The notes beneath the pieces are model-generated. The model searched no databases and was not told the DNA's origin. It saw only the letters and a list, made by a program, of their open reading frames with translations. Shown piece after piece: positions 20,693 through 30,300 of a stretch of 64,000 bases of DNA. Numbering within the stretch: the stretch's first letter is position 1; each line of letters opens with the position of its first letter. Source of the stretch: an uncultured Blautia sp. (GTDB taxonomy: Bacteria; Bacillota; Clostridia; Lachnospirales; Lachnospiraceae). The position numbers and the translations under genes were made by a program. The stretch spans positions 61,046-125,045 of the forward strand of contig UQLX01000001.1 of assembly GCA_900541985.1 (NCBI GenBank), written 5' to 3'.

Positions 20693-21252
20693 GGAAAAAA
20701 TTTTTCGATATAGGAAGCGGTGAGACTGATAAAACTGTCGGTATCCAGATTATTGTCCCGGATTGTCTCGTGCATGGAAAGACCGTCGGAAAGGAGCAGC
20801 AGAAGCCATGCAAAATATTCGCCGGATACCTTGTCGGTACGTTTGGAAATTTTTTCTGCGATCAGGGAGGCGAAGCACTGGTAGCGCCGGATCAGATGCG
20901 TCCGTATTTCTTCGTTGCCGATCATGGCATCATAAAAAAGCGGAAGACGGAGTCTAACCCCTGCCACATCACGTTCCAGAATATATTTTACCAGACGGTG
21001 GAGAGAAGTGTCCTTGTCTGCATTTTCAGTCCACTGACAAAGTTCCTTCCATTGTTCATCCAGGTATTTATCTGTGATGGCAAAAAGGATCTCGTTTTTA
21101 TTTTTAAAATGATAATAGAGAGTTCCCTTGGAAATGCCCGTCTGGGCTGCCAGCTGGGAAAGAGAAATCTCTGAAAAGGGTTTTTCTGCTAAAAGTTCTT
21201 CCGCAACTTCGATGATCAGGCTGCGGACATCTTCTTTACGGGGAGCGGCCAT
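20683..21252 (-). CDS. TetR/AcrR family transcriptional regulator
   Basis: N-terminal HTH 'FSEISLSQLAAQTGISKGTLYYHFKNK'. Confidence 0.85.
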   Translation of the reverse strand: MAAPRKEDVRSLIIEVAEELLAEKPFSEISLSQLAAQTGISKGTLYYHFKNKNEILFAITDKYLDEQWKELCQWTENADKDTSLHRLVKYILERDVAGVRLRLPLFYDAMIGNEEIRTHLIRRYQCFASLIAEKISKRTDKVSGEYFAWLLLLLSDGLSMHETIRDNNLDTDSFISLTASYIEKFFPKK

Positions 21253-21381
21253 AGGTGTACCTCCTGAAATCTGTTTACAGAAATATCATAGCGTGTTTTG
21301 TATGCTTTGCCTATAAAAACTGTGAAAATGATAATAAATTTATTGACTTTGCATAAAAACATGATACTATAAGATAAAAGA

Positions 21382-21399
21382 GTCGTACATATGACCGAC
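21382..21399. promoter_or_regulatory. imperfect palindrome GTCGTACATATGACCGAC, candidate TetR operator
   Basis: GTCG-NN-CATATG-NN-CGAC symmetry (14 of 18 positions). It sits just downstream of a TTGACT-N17-ACTATA promoter that faces the FGGY gene. Confidence 0.35.
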
Positions 21400-21424
21400 T
21401 TGCGAAAGAAGGGATATAGATGGA

Positions 21425-22873
21425 TTGTCAGAAACTTCAAAAAAAGTCAGAAGTGTCTATGGAAATAGTGTCTATCCTGCCTATATTTCCAAAAAATCCG
21501 GCTGGGCAGAGCAGGATCCGGATTTTTACTACCAGAATCTCTGCCGGGTTTTCTGGCAGCTGAAGGAAAGCTTTCCGGAAATTTTTGCTCGGGTCGAGGC
21601 AGTGACTCTGACCACGATCCGCTGCACCAGTGTGTGCGTGGGACGTGACGGCAGGCCTCTGCGTGCGGCCATTCTCTGGCTTGACCAGAGAAGAGCGTCA
21701 GGGAAACTCCGGATGAAGCCATGGGCTGTGGCAGCCATAAAGGCAGTGGGAATGACAAAAACGCTGAATCTGCAGTATCAGAAATCCCACTGTAACTGGA
21801 TCCGGGAAAACGAACCGGATATCTGGGCAAAAACAAAAAAATATGTACTCTTAAGTACTTATCTGAATTACAGACTGACCGGAAGAATGGCAGATTCCAC
21901 CGCCTCCATCGTGGGCTATTTGCCCTATGATTTTAAAAACAGGCGATGGAAAAAGGCAAATGATCTGGTGCGTCCTGTGTTTGACATTCCGGATGAAATG
22001 ATGTGTGAACTGGTACCACCGGGGGCGTATATCGGTTCTCTGACAAAAGAGGCAGCCGAGGATCTGGGGCTTTCCGGTAAACTGAAGCTCATTTCTACCG
22101 GAACAGACAAGGCCTGCGAAGTTCTGGGACTGGGCTGTGTCAGCAAAAAAAGAGCTGCCTTCAGCTTTGGAACCACAGCAACGGTTACTTTTACGACCGG
22201 GGAATATCTGGAACCGGAAACCTTTATTCCACCTTATGATGCGATCCTTCCGGGGCACTTTAATCCGGAAATCGAGATTTTCCGTGGCTACTGGCTGATC
22301 TCCTGGTTTAAAAAGGAATTTGCCCAGAAAGAGGTCATGGAGGCAATAGAAACAAAGGTACAGCCGGAAGAGCTTTTGAACAAAAGACTGAAAGAGGTTC
22401 CGGCAGGATGCCAGGGGCTTCTGCTCCAGCCGTACTTTACTCCGAATCTGACGATGCCGGAGGCAAAAGGTTCGGTGATCGGACTTTCTGATGTTCACAC
22501 AAGGATCCACCTGTATCGGGCGATCATTGAGGGAATCAATTTTGCTCTTATGGACGGAATGCGCCATATGGAAAAAAGAGGAAATTTTCGGTTTGAGGAG
22601 ATCCGGGTAGGCGGCGGAGGCGCGCAGAGCAGTGAAATCTGCCAGATCACGACTGGTATGTTCGGGCTTCCTGTAGTGCGGACACAGACCTATGAGGTTT
22701 CCGGGATCGGAAGTGCCATTCCTGCTTTTGTGACTCTGGGAGTTTTTGATGATTATAAAGAAGCGATTTCCCATATGGTACATAAAAAAGAAGTATTTAA
22801 ACCTGATAAACGGCAGCCCCCTGAAAATTTAAGCAGCAGTCAGGAACTTTTGACAAAATTGTCTGTATCATAG
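21425..22873 (+). CDS. FGGY-family carbohydrate kinase, N-terminally short (lacks the phosphate-1 DxGT motif)
   Basis: 'GWAEQDP', 'FSFGTTATV' and 'GGGGAQSSEICQI' are FGGY motifs. The ORF starts at a TTG only 26 codons before GWAEQDP. Confidence 0.7.
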   Translation: MSETSKKVRSVYGNSVYPAYISKKSGWAEQDPDFYYQNLCRVFWQLKESFPEIFARVEAVTLTTIRCTSVCVGRDGRPLRAAILWLDQRRASGKLRMKPWAVAAIKAVGMTKTLNLQYQKSHCNWIRENEPDIWAKTKKYVLLSTYLNYRLTGRMADSTASIVGYLPYDFKNRRWKKANDLVRPVFDIPDEMMCELVPPGAYIGSLTKEAAEDLGLSGKLKLISTGTDKACEVLGLGCVSKKRAAFSFGTTATVTFTTGEYLEPETFIPPYDAILPGHFNPEIEIFRGYWLISWFKKEFAQKEVMEAIETKVQPEELLNKRLKEVPAGCQGLLLQPYFTPNLTMPEAKGSVIGLSDVHTRIHLYRAIIEGINFALMDGMRHMEKRGNFRFEEIRVGGGGAQSSEICQITTGMFGLPVVRTQTYEVSGIGSAIPAFVTLGVFDDYKEAISHMVHKKEVFKPDKRQPPENLSSSQELLTKLSVS

Positions 22874-22897
22874 TACAATGATAACAGGTTTAGGAAG

Positions 22898-23959
22898 ATG
22901 AGAAAGGGGGGAGTTAAGATAAAAAAGAAAAACCTGCTGTTTTTGTACAGCCTGTTTCATTTCCTAGTGGATTTTTCTACGATCTATCTTATGTATACCC
23001 GGATCCTGCCACCTGTATTTGGGAGAGAGGAAGCTATCTGGTGGGTTCTGCTTTATAATGCGCTGGCCTTTGCAGTGCCTCTTCCTGTGGGGATACTGGT
23101 GGACAAATGGAACCGCAATCCACTGGCAGCGGCAGCAGGACTGGGGATGACCCTGGCAGGATATCTGTGGACGGGAAGCAGCCTGATCTCGCTTTTACTG
23201 GCAGGACTGGGAAACGGACTTTTCCATGTAGGAGGAGGACTGGATGTTCTGAATATGAGTGACGATCAATACACTCCAAGCGGATGCTTTATTTCTACAG
23301 GAGCTATGGGGGTGTTTCTGGGAACTTTTTTTGGAAAGAAGGTTTTTCCTGTGGAAGCGGTGATTTTGCCGGTGCTGACAGGAGGAATCCTGCTGTTTCT
23401 GATCTGTGGACGCATACATAAAAAAGAAAAGCTGCTTCAGAACCCTCCTGTTGGGCTTCCCTTTGGGAAAAAGGGCTTCGGAATGGTATTCACTGCTTTT
23501 TTTCTTGTGGTTGTCCTGCGGTCTTATACCGGAAGTATCCTGTCCTATGACTGGAAACAGCAAAGCTTCTGGAGCGTGGTATGTGCTCTGAGTGTCATGT
23601 TTGGAAAAATGGCAGGGGGTATTCTGGCGGATCTCTGGGGAACGGATAAGGTGATCCTGTCTTTGGGAGTGTCCGGGATTCTTTCTCTTTTTTCCTTTGC
23701 ACACCCATGGGCAGGTATTGCGTCCATTTTTCTTTTTAATATGACCATGCCGGTTACGCTGTTATCTATGGCCCGGATATTTCCGAAAGCAAAGGGATTT
23801 GCCTTCGGTATCCTGACTTTTGCCCTGTTTCTGGGTGTGCTTCCAGTATGCATGCAGTGGGACAGTCCTCTTTTTTCACCGGGAGGACTGCTGGGACTTT
23901 CCTGGATTTCCATGATACTTCTGTATATGGGGTGGAAAAAGGAGAAAGTCTGTGTTTAG
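22898..23959 (+). CDS. polytopic membrane protein (MFS-like, family not recognised)
   Basis: About 10-12 hydrophobic helices. There are two loosely repeated halves, each with a 'G.L.D.WG/N' loop. Confidence 0.5.
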   Translation: MRKGGVKIKKKNLLFLYSLFHFLVDFSTIYLMYTRILPPVFGREEAIWWVLLYNALAFAVPLPVGILVDKWNRNPLAAAAGLGMTLAGYLWTGSSLISLLLAGLGNGLFHVGGGLDVLNMSDDQYTPSGCFISTGAMGVFLGTFFGKKVFPVEAVILPVLTGGILLFLICGRIHKKEKLLQNPPVGLPFGKKGFGMVFTAFFLVVVLRSYTGSILSYDWKQQSFWSVVCALSVMFGKMAGGILADLWGTDKVILSLGVSGILSLFSFAHPWAGIASIFLFNMTMPVTLLSMARIFPKAKGFAFGILTFALFLGVLPVCMQWDSPLFSPGGLLGLSWISMILLYMGWKKEKVCV

Positions 23960-24287
23960 ATATGTGCTGCTGGCTTTGCTGGTGACAGAAATATCAGAGC
24001 TTATGACAGCAGTAATCATGGGAATACGGGACTTTTACGAACTGCGCCTGGTGTTTCTTGTAAATCTGATGACGAATCCTCTGATCTCTGTTCTGAATCT
24101 GGCAGGGGGGATTTTTCTCGGCCCGGCGCTTAGATGGTATCTGATAGCCGCGGAGCTTGCCGTATGGCTGACAGAAGCAGCTGTATATCAAATCTGTATA
24201 GAGAAAAAAAGATCATTTCTGTTATTTTCCGCAGTGGCAAACGCAGTCTCTGTTTTTGCGGGAGTACTGGCAGGAAGGTGGATCTAA
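23952..24287 (+). CDS. small membrane protein (about 4 TM), unknown function
   Basis: The GTG start overlaps the preceding stop. The sequence is hydrophobic throughout. Confidence 0.4.
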   Translation: MFRYVLLALLVTEISELMTAVIMGIRDFYELRLVFLVNLMTNPLISVLNLAGGIFLGPALRWYLIAAELAVWLTEAAVYQICIEKKRSFLLFSAVANAVSVFAGVLAGRWI

Positions 24288-24300
24288 AAGGAGAGAAAAC

Positions 24301-25017
24301 ATGAAAAAGATAAAAAGAGCAGTGATTTGTATTTTGGCATTACTTTTAACTGTAGTACCGGTTTATGGAGATGCAATGATCGTACCGGATTATCAGGATG
24401 TGACAGTGGACTATTATGTAATCGTGTCTGCGCCTGACGGCGGGGTGAATTTCCGGTATGGAGCCGGAGTAGAGTACGATCAGATCATCAGTAATATGAT
24501 TCCTAACGGGGAGATTCTGCATATTGTGGGAGAGCGCACTGCCAGTACAGGAAGAGCCTGGGGATATACCTGCTATCAGGATATGTGGGGATATGTAGCT
24601 CTTTCCCAGACCAGCTATTATGATATGGCACAGGCGCAGGCAGAGGCTGCGGCAAAAGCCGAGGCGGAACGTCAGCAGAAGGAGGCGGAAGCAAAAGCCG
24701 AAGCAGAGCGTCAGCAGAAGGAGGCGGAAGCAAAAGCTGAAGCAGAGCGGCTGCAGGCAGAGGCTGCGGCAAAAGCCGAGGCAGAGCGCCTGCAGCGAGA
24801 AGAAGAGACGAAGGCAAAGGAGGAAGCAGAACGTCAGCAGAAAGAAGCAGAGGAAGAAGCCAGACGCCTGAAAAAAGAGGCGGAAGAGATGAAACAGAAA
24901 AACAAGGCATTATTTATGAAACTGATTGTCTTGGCAGTCATCTGCCTGGTGCTTGCAGTTACAGCAGTGATTCTGATCATTTATTTTTATAAGCATAAAA
25001 GGAAGAAAAACAGGTAA
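24301..25017 (+). CDS. secreted SH3b-domain protein with an Ala/Glu/Lys/Gln-rich repeat stalk and a C-terminal membrane anchor
   Basis: The ATG at 24301 gives the signal peptide 'MKKIKRAVICILALLLTVVPVYG'. SH3b-like 'VNFRYGAGVEYDQI...GYVALSQ'. Repeats of AKAEAERQQKEAE. A C-terminal TM plus 'KHKRKKNR'. Confidence 0.7.
   Translation: MKKIKRAVICILALLLTVVPVYGDAMIVPDYQDVTVDYYVIVSAPDGGVNFRYGAGVEYDQIISNMIPNGEILHIVGERTASTGRAWGYTCYQDMWGYVALSQTSYYDMAQAQAEAAAKAEAERQQKEAEAKAEAERQQKEAEAKAEAERLQAEAAAKAEAERLQREEETKAKEEAERQQKEAEEEARRLKKEAEEMKQKNKALFMKLIVLAVICLVLAVTAVILIIYFYKHKRKKNR
24652..24807 (+). repeat. four tandem 39-nt (13-codon) in-frame repeats
   Basis: Units start at 24652, 24691, 24730 and 24769 (gcaaaagcYgaRgc...). 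A 24-nt exact copy is present at 24640-24663 and 24757-24780. Confidence 0.85.
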
Positions 25018-25038
25018 GATTCAGGAGGCTTGCGTAAC

Positions 25039-25716
25039 ATGCGGATTTTTTTGATCGAAGATGATAAAGCGCTGGCAGAAGGGATTTCTTTTACATTACA
25101 AAGAGAAGGATATGAGACAGAGGTTTATTTTACCTGCAGAGAAAGCCGGGCGGCGTTGGATAAAAGTCAGCCGGATCTGGTGCTTCTGGACTGGAATTTA
25201 CCGGATGGTGACGGACTTGCGCTTTGCCGGGAAATTTCTGAAAAATGGAGAATACCGATCCTGATGATCACAGCCCGGGATATGGAGATTGATCAGGTCA
25301 TGTGTCTGGAAAGCGGCGCAGACGATTATATAGCCAAACCTTTTTCTCTTGCAGTGCTGAAAGCCAGGGTTGCAGCCCTGCTCAGGCGGCAGGGTGTATA
25401 TGGAGAAGGAACGCTTACTTCCGGGCAGATCCGTGTGGATACCAGAGAAATGAGAGCCTGGAAGGGGGATCAGGAGCTGGATCTGAGTCTGACGGAGTAC
25501 AGGCTTTTAAAATATTTTATGGAAAATAAGAATCAGGTGCTTTTAAAGGAACAGCTGCTGGCTCATGTGTGGGACAGCGGCGGCCGCTTTGTGGAGGAAA
25601 ATACGCTGATGGTGAATATACGCAGGCTTCGGATAAAAATAGAAGAAGACGCCTCCCACCCGGAATATATCAAAACCGTACATGGAATGGGATATCTTTG
25701 GGAGGAACGAAGATGA
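25039..25716 (+). CDS. OmpR-family response regulator
   Basis: The ATG at 25039 lies 10 nt after AGGAGG. 'MRIFLIEDD...LVLLDWNLPDGDG' and 'KTVHGMGYLW'. Confidence 0.9.
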   Translation: MRIFLIEDDKALAEGISFTLQREGYETEVYFTCRESRAALDKSQPDLVLLDWNLPDGDGLALCREISEKWRIPILMITARDMEIDQVMCLESGADDYIAKPFSLAVLKARVAALLRRQGVYGEGTLTSGQIRVDTREMRAWKGDQELDLSLTEYRLLKYFMENKNQVLLKEQLLAHVWDSGGRFVEENTLMVNIRRLRIKIEEDASHPEYIKTVHGMGYLWEERR

Positions 25717-26633
25717 CAGAGAAAATTCTGACAGGAATCCTGATCCTGGCTGTTCTGGCAGTATTGCTGCTGGGGATTTCTTTTATAAAAGCCCTGAACC
25801 GGATGCAGAAGCTAATGTGGGATTATGAAGAAAATGGAAGCGCTGCTTTTTCTACTATGAAAGAGACACGGGAGTCCAAGCTGGAAAACAGACTGCAGAG
25901 ACTCCTTGGGCAGGCTGCCCAAAAAGAAGAAAAGGCAGAAAAAGAAAGAGATGAAACTGCGGCTCTTTTATCTGATCTTTCCCACCAGCTGAAAGCACCG
26001 ATGGCAAACGTGATCATGTACACAGAGCTTCTGGAGGATGAAAGCCTGGAACCGGAAGAGCGCCGGAGATTTGTACAGCAGACAAAGGAACAGGCAAGGA
26101 AAATGAAATGGCTTCTGGAAAGTATGCTGAAGGCTTCCCGACTGGAAACCGGGAGCATTTCTTTTTCTGCGGAATATACCTGTATCCGCAGGACCATTGG
26201 AACTGCCATCAGCGGTGTTTATGCCAAGGCAGAGGACAAGGGGATTACCATAGCAGCAGAGCCTTTTGAGGACCGGAAGCTGTATCATGATCCCAAATGG
26301 ACCGCAGAGGCAATTGGAAATATTCTGGATAATGCCATAAAGTATTCTCCTTCCGGAAGTACGGTCCGTGTGCGAGTGCTGCCAATGGAAATTTATACGC
26401 AGATCGAGATCACAGATCAGGGGATAGGAATCGCCAGGGAGGAATATAATCAAATTTTTTGCCGTTTTTACCGCAGCCACAGCGTGGCGCAGGAGGAAGG
26501 CAGCGGACTGGGGCTGTATCTTGCGCAGCTGATTTTAAATAAGGAAAAGGGATATGTGACGGTAGCCTCCGAAAAAGGAAAGGGGAGCAGTTTTCGGATA
26601 TTCCTTCTGAATGAAGTTCTGACAGTTTTGTAA
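25713..26633 (+). CDS. sensor histidine kinase (single N-terminal TM, short sensor)
   Basis: The ATG at 25713 overlaps the RR stop. H-box 'LSHQLKAPMA', 'LDNAIKYSP', 'GSGLGLYLA'. Confidence 0.85.
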   Translation: MTEKILTGILILAVLAVLLLGISFIKALNRMQKLMWDYEENGSAAFSTMKETRESKLENRLQRLLGQAAQKEEKAEKERDETAALLSDLSHQLKAPMANVIMYTELLEDESLEPEERRRFVQQTKEQARKMKWLLESMLKASRLETGSISFSAEYTCIRRTIGTAISGVYAKAEDKGITIAAEPFEDRKLYHDPKWTAEAIGNILDNAIKYSPSGSTVRVRVLPMEIYTQIEITDQGIGIAREEYNQIFCRFYRSHSVAQEEGSGLGLYLAQLILNKEKGYVTVASEKGKGSSFRIFLLNEVLTVL

Positions 26634-26649
26634 GAACTTTTTTCTTTTT

Positions 26650-26682
26650 TGTCAGAGTGCTGTCAGAAACAGATGGTAATAT
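26650..26682 (+). promoter_or_regulatory. TGTCAGA-N4-TGTCAGA direct repeat plus a TAATAT -10; candidate RR-dependent promoter of the ABC operon
   Basis: Repeats at 26650-26656 and 26661-26667 (11-bp period). TAATAT at 26677-26682. An inverted copy (CTGACA) lies at the end of the HK gene. Confidence 0.4.
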
Positions 26683-26760
26683 GATGTTGAGGTAAAAAGA
26701 TGCCAGGGTAATAAAGGCATCTTAACATATCAGTATCAAAAGAAGCAGGAGGTCAGGATC

Positions 26761-27438
26761 ATGGAAATTCTCAGGACAGTAGATCTGAAAAAATATTATG
26801 GAACAGGAGAAAATCAGGTAAAAGCGCTGGATGGAGTGAATCTTTCTGTAGAGGAAGGGGAATTTCTGGCAGTGGTGGGAACCAGCGGATCGGGAAAAAG
26901 CACCCTTCTTCATATGCTGGGCGGTCTGGATTATGCAACCTCCGGCAGTGTATTTGTGTCCGGAAAAGAGCTTTTTAAACTGAATGAGTCGGAACTGACG
27001 ATTTTTCGCAGAAGGAATATCGGTTTTGTTTTTCAGAATTATAATCTGGTTCCTATACTAAATGTTTATGAAAATATTGTATTGCCAATAGAACTGGATG
27101 GAGAAAAGCCGGATAAAAGATTTATAAAAGAGATCATGGAGATGCTTGGTATTCTCGAAAAAAAGAACAGTATGCCAAACCAGCTTTCCGGAGGGCAGCA
27201 GCAGAGGGTTGCCATAGCAAGGGCGCTGGCAAGCAAACCTGCGATTCTTCTCGCAGATGAACCTACTGGAAATCTGGACAGTAAGACCAGTCAGGAAGTG
27301 CTGGGACTTCTCAAACTGACGGGAGAACAGTTTCAGCAGACGATTGTGATGATCACACACAATGACTCCATGGCGCAGCTTGCAGACCGTGTGATCCGCA
27401 TTGAGGACGGAAGGATCACAGGAGGGAGTGGGTTATGA
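26761..27438 (+). CDS. ABC transporter ATP-binding protein (MacB/FtsE-like)
   Basis: '[11 protein letters not shown]', '[15 protein letters not shown]', '[11 protein letters not shown]'. Confidence 0.9.
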   Translation: MEILRTVDLKKYYGTGENQVKALDGVNLSVEEGEFLAVVGTSGSGKSTLLHMLGGLDYATSGSVFVSGKELFKLNESELTIFRRRNIGFVFQNYNLVPILNVYENIVLPIELDGEKPDKRFIKEIMEMLGILEKKNSMPNQLSGGQQQRVAIARALASKPAILLADEPTGNLDSKTSQEVLGLLKLTGEQFQQTIVMITHNDSMAQLADRVIRIEDGRITGGSGL

Positions 27439-30089
27439 GAAATAACAATCAGAAGGTCGTCAGCCGTCTTTCCGGAAGAAGCCTGAAAAACAATAAAATG
27501 AGGAACAGCTTTGTCATCGCTGCAATTGCTCTGACCTGTATGATGTTTACGGCTCTTGCTGCCTTGGGAATGGGGATTTCAGATGCCATGCAGGAAACTA
27601 CCATGCGGGAAGTAGGCGGTCGTTTTCATGCCGGACTGAAGGGTGTGACTGAGGAGCAGATGAACCAGGTGACAGCGGATAAACGGGTAAAGGATTATTC
27701 ATGGAACGTTTTTTTGGGTATGGCGGAGAACGTCGTAAAGAGACAGTATGAAATCCGTCTGGCACAGGGAGAAAAGGAACTGGAAAATTCTTTTATTGAA
27801 CTGGAAGAAGGCGGTTTTCCGGAAAAAATGGACGATATCATTGTGGACACCTATCTTCTGGATGAAATGAAGCTTCCCTGTGAATTGGGGACTGACATTC
27901 CTCTGGATTTTACTTTTCATGGGCAGAAGGTCAGCAAAACCTTCCGGGTATGCGGCTGGTATGAAGGAAATAAGCTTGGCCATGCCTCAGAGCTTTATAT
28001 TTCAGAAGCTTTCTGGAAAAATTTAAAAGGAACGATTACCGACCAGGAGTTGAAAGAGTGGGGTAAGACACATCCCCAGGACTCCGGTGCAGGTCTTTAT
28101 TCTGTAGGTCTGTATTTTGACAGCCCTGCAGAAAGTGAGGATGCAGTACGAGCCATTATCCGGGATGCCGGTTATTATCCGGATGGAGAAGCAGAAGGAT
28201 ATAAACCGGAGGAATCCATTGATTATGGAGTTAACTGGGCATATATGGAGAATCGTGCAGAAAATGCAGATCCTCTGATGCTGGCAATTCTGAGTCTGGT
28301 TTTCCTGGCAATCCTGCTTACCGGTTATCTGATCATTTACAATATCTTTTATATTTCAGTGGTTCAGGATATCCGTTTTTATGGTCTTTTAAAAACAGTG
28401 GGAACCACAAAAAAACAGATCAGATCCATAATCCGCCGTCAGGCGCTGGTTTTATCGATTGTAGGGATTCCCATTGGTCTGGCAGCAGGATATGGAGTGT
28501 CTGAACTGCTTTTCCCCTTTGTTATGGAGATCACTTCCTATACAGATCTGGGGATCAGCCTGAAAATTCGCCCGCAGGTAGCTGTATTCGGAATCGTTTT
28601 TGCTCTTCTGACCGTTTTCATCAGCTGCCGGAAACCCGGAAAAATTGCCGGAAGCGTATCTCCGGTGGAGGCGATCCGGTATACAGAGGGAAAAGGCAGC
28701 CGTAAAAAAAGAAAGAAATCCGAAAACGGCGCGCGGATTCACCGGATGGCTTTGTCAAATCTGGGAAGGAATAAGAAAAAAACAACGCTGGTACTGGTAT
28801 CTCTTTCTATGAGTATGATACTTTTATGCATCGTGCTTACAGGCGTAGGAAGCTTTCGGGTAGACGCCTATCTGGAACAGCGTCTTCTTGGCGACGTACT
28901 TCTGGCATCGGTAAACCTGACCGGAAGCAGTGCGGTAAGAGTGGCAGATTACCAGATAGATGAAGAATATGTGAAGCTGGCAGACGCACAGCCGGGAGTC
29001 ACGGCGAAAAATGAGCTCTGGCAGATTTACAATAATGTGTCGCTTTTTACAGATGATACCGCAATGGAAAGATATCAGAGGTTTCAGGATCAGGGGCTTC
29101 TGCGGCAGGATGATTTTTCCTCCTCGATCATAGATGATGTGAAAAATCGAAGACAGCTGGAAGCCCGTACTTATGGCTATGACGAAGCTGTTCTTTCCAA
29201 ACTGACGGTTCTGGACGGTCAGCTGGACCTGGAAAAATTTGTTCAGGGAGGCTATATTCTTCTGACAGACATTATCGGCGATCATACGGAAGGCGCCAGT
29301 ATTTATAAGCCAGGGGAAAAGGTAAAGCTGCTTGTTCCTACCGAGGAGTCGGAGATTATCGAGGATAAAGACGAAAAAGGAGAAATCACTGGCCATCACT
29401 GGGAAAACCTGGGAGAAACAGAGTACGAGGTCATGGCCATTGTGGATATTCCCGGCAGTATGACAGACATGACTTATCCGGTAAACGGCGTACAGGCGGT
29501 GATCCCCAGACAGGATGTGGAACAGGCTATGGGCAGCTGGTGCTTTGGTATTTCCTACGAGGTGGAGGAGGAATATCTTGACAGCTTTATACAGACGGTA
29601 AAGGATTATTCGGAAAACGTAAACAAAGAAATGGGATATCTTTCCAAGGACGAACTGGTGGAAGGTTTCCAGACCATGAACAGTTCTATTCGCATGATCG
29701 GTATTGCTTTAAGTGCGGTGATTGCGTTCGTGGGAATCCTGAATTTTATCAATTCTATTATTACCGGCATCATTGCCAGAAAAAGAGAATTTGCCATCCT
29801 TTGCAGTATTGGAATGACAGAGCAGCAGCTAAAGAGGATGCTTCTGGAAGAAAGTATGTATTATGTGCTGATATCAGGGGGCATCAGCCTGATTCTTGGC
29901 ACGGCACTTTCACGGATCATAATGACGGCATTGAACAATGTGATCCTGTTCTTTGCCTACCGCCCGAACTTCCAGACATTTGTCATTATGCTGCCGATAC
30001 TGGCGGTTCTTGCTGTGCTGGTGCCCTCACTGGCATATCAGAGGATGAAAAAAGAAAGTATCGTAGAGCGGCTGAGGAATACAGAGTAA
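27435..30089 (+). CDS. FtsX-family ABC transporter permease (duplicated FtsX module, 884 aa)
   Basis: Two TM-plus-large-extracytoplasmic-domain-plus-3-TM units. 'YGLLKTVGTTKKQI' and 'FAILCSIGMTEQQL' are FtsX signature loops. Confidence 0.85.
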   Translation: MRNNNQKVVSRLSGRSLKNNKMRNSFVIAAIALTCMMFTALAALGMGISDAMQETTMREVGGRFHAGLKGVTEEQMNQVTADKRVKDYSWNVFLGMAENVVKRQYEIRLAQGEKELENSFIELEEGGFPEKMDDIIVDTYLLDEMKLPCELGTDIPLDFTFHGQKVSKTFRVCGWYEGNKLGHASELYISEAFWKNLKGTITDQELKEWGKTHPQDSGAGLYSVGLYFDSPAESEDAVRAIIRDAGYYPDGEAEGYKPEESIDYGVNWAYMENRAENADPLMLAILSLVFLAILLTGYLIIYNIFYISVVQDIRFYGLLKTVGTTKKQIRSIIRRQALVLSIVGIPIGLAAGYGVSELLFPFVMEITSYTDLGISLKIRPQVAVFGIVFALLTVFISCRKPGKIAGSVSPVEAIRYTEGKGSRKKRKKSENGARIHRMALSNLGRNKKKTTLVLVSLSMSMILLCIVLTGVGSFRVDAYLEQRLLGDVLLASVNLTGSSAVRVADYQIDEEYVKLADAQPGVTAKNELWQIYNNVSLFTDDTAMERYQRFQDQGLLRQDDFSSSIIDDVKNRRQLEARTYGYDEAVLSKLTVLDGQLDLEKFVQGGYILLTDIIGDHTEGASIYKPGEKVKLLVPTEESEIIEDKDEKGEITGHHWENLGETEYEVMAIVDIPGSMTDMTYPVNGVQAVIPRQDVEQAMGSWCFGISYEVEEEYLDSFIQTVKDYSENVNKEMGYLSKDELVEGFQTMNSSIRMIGIALSAVIAFVGILNFINSIITGIIARKREFAILCSIGMTEQQLKRMLLEESMYYVLISGGISLILGTALSRIIMTALNNVILFFAYRPNFQTFVIMLPILAVLAVLVPSLAYQRMKKESIVERLRNTE

Positions 30090-30300
30090 AATTTCTGTTT
30101 GTTGTTTTCCACAGACGATGCATATGAAAAAAGGCAGATCATGTGCAGTGCTGCGCCCTGCGCTCTTCCGTCCGGGAACATAACATATAGAAGGAATATA
30201 AATTTGCTGTCTGGAAAATGTAATGCAGGATCAAAGAAATCTGATTCAGAAGCCTTGAGAGATTTGGTCAAAAGTTCTTGTCTTCTGCGACTTTGCTTTG

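Noticed and set aside
24640-24807. The tandem repeats at 24.6 kb and 61.3 kb as possible CRISPR or minisatellite non-coding arrays.
   Set aside because: Both are in frame inside long ORFs with signal peptides and encode sensible low-complexity protein linkers. There are no spacer-like unique segments of constant length.
25569-25712. N-terminal extensions in the ORF track: 25569 for the kinase, 24256 for the SH3b protein, 4075 for DJ-1, 1763 for PsiE-like, 42678 for Ldh_2, 55919 for the second ABC exporter, 51536 for the HTH protein, 41673-42383 for the membrane Fe-S protein.
   Set aside because: In each case an internal ATG or GTG with a good Shine-Dalgarno sequence gives the canonical N-terminus or signal peptide. 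The extension overlaps the upstream gene or a terminator.
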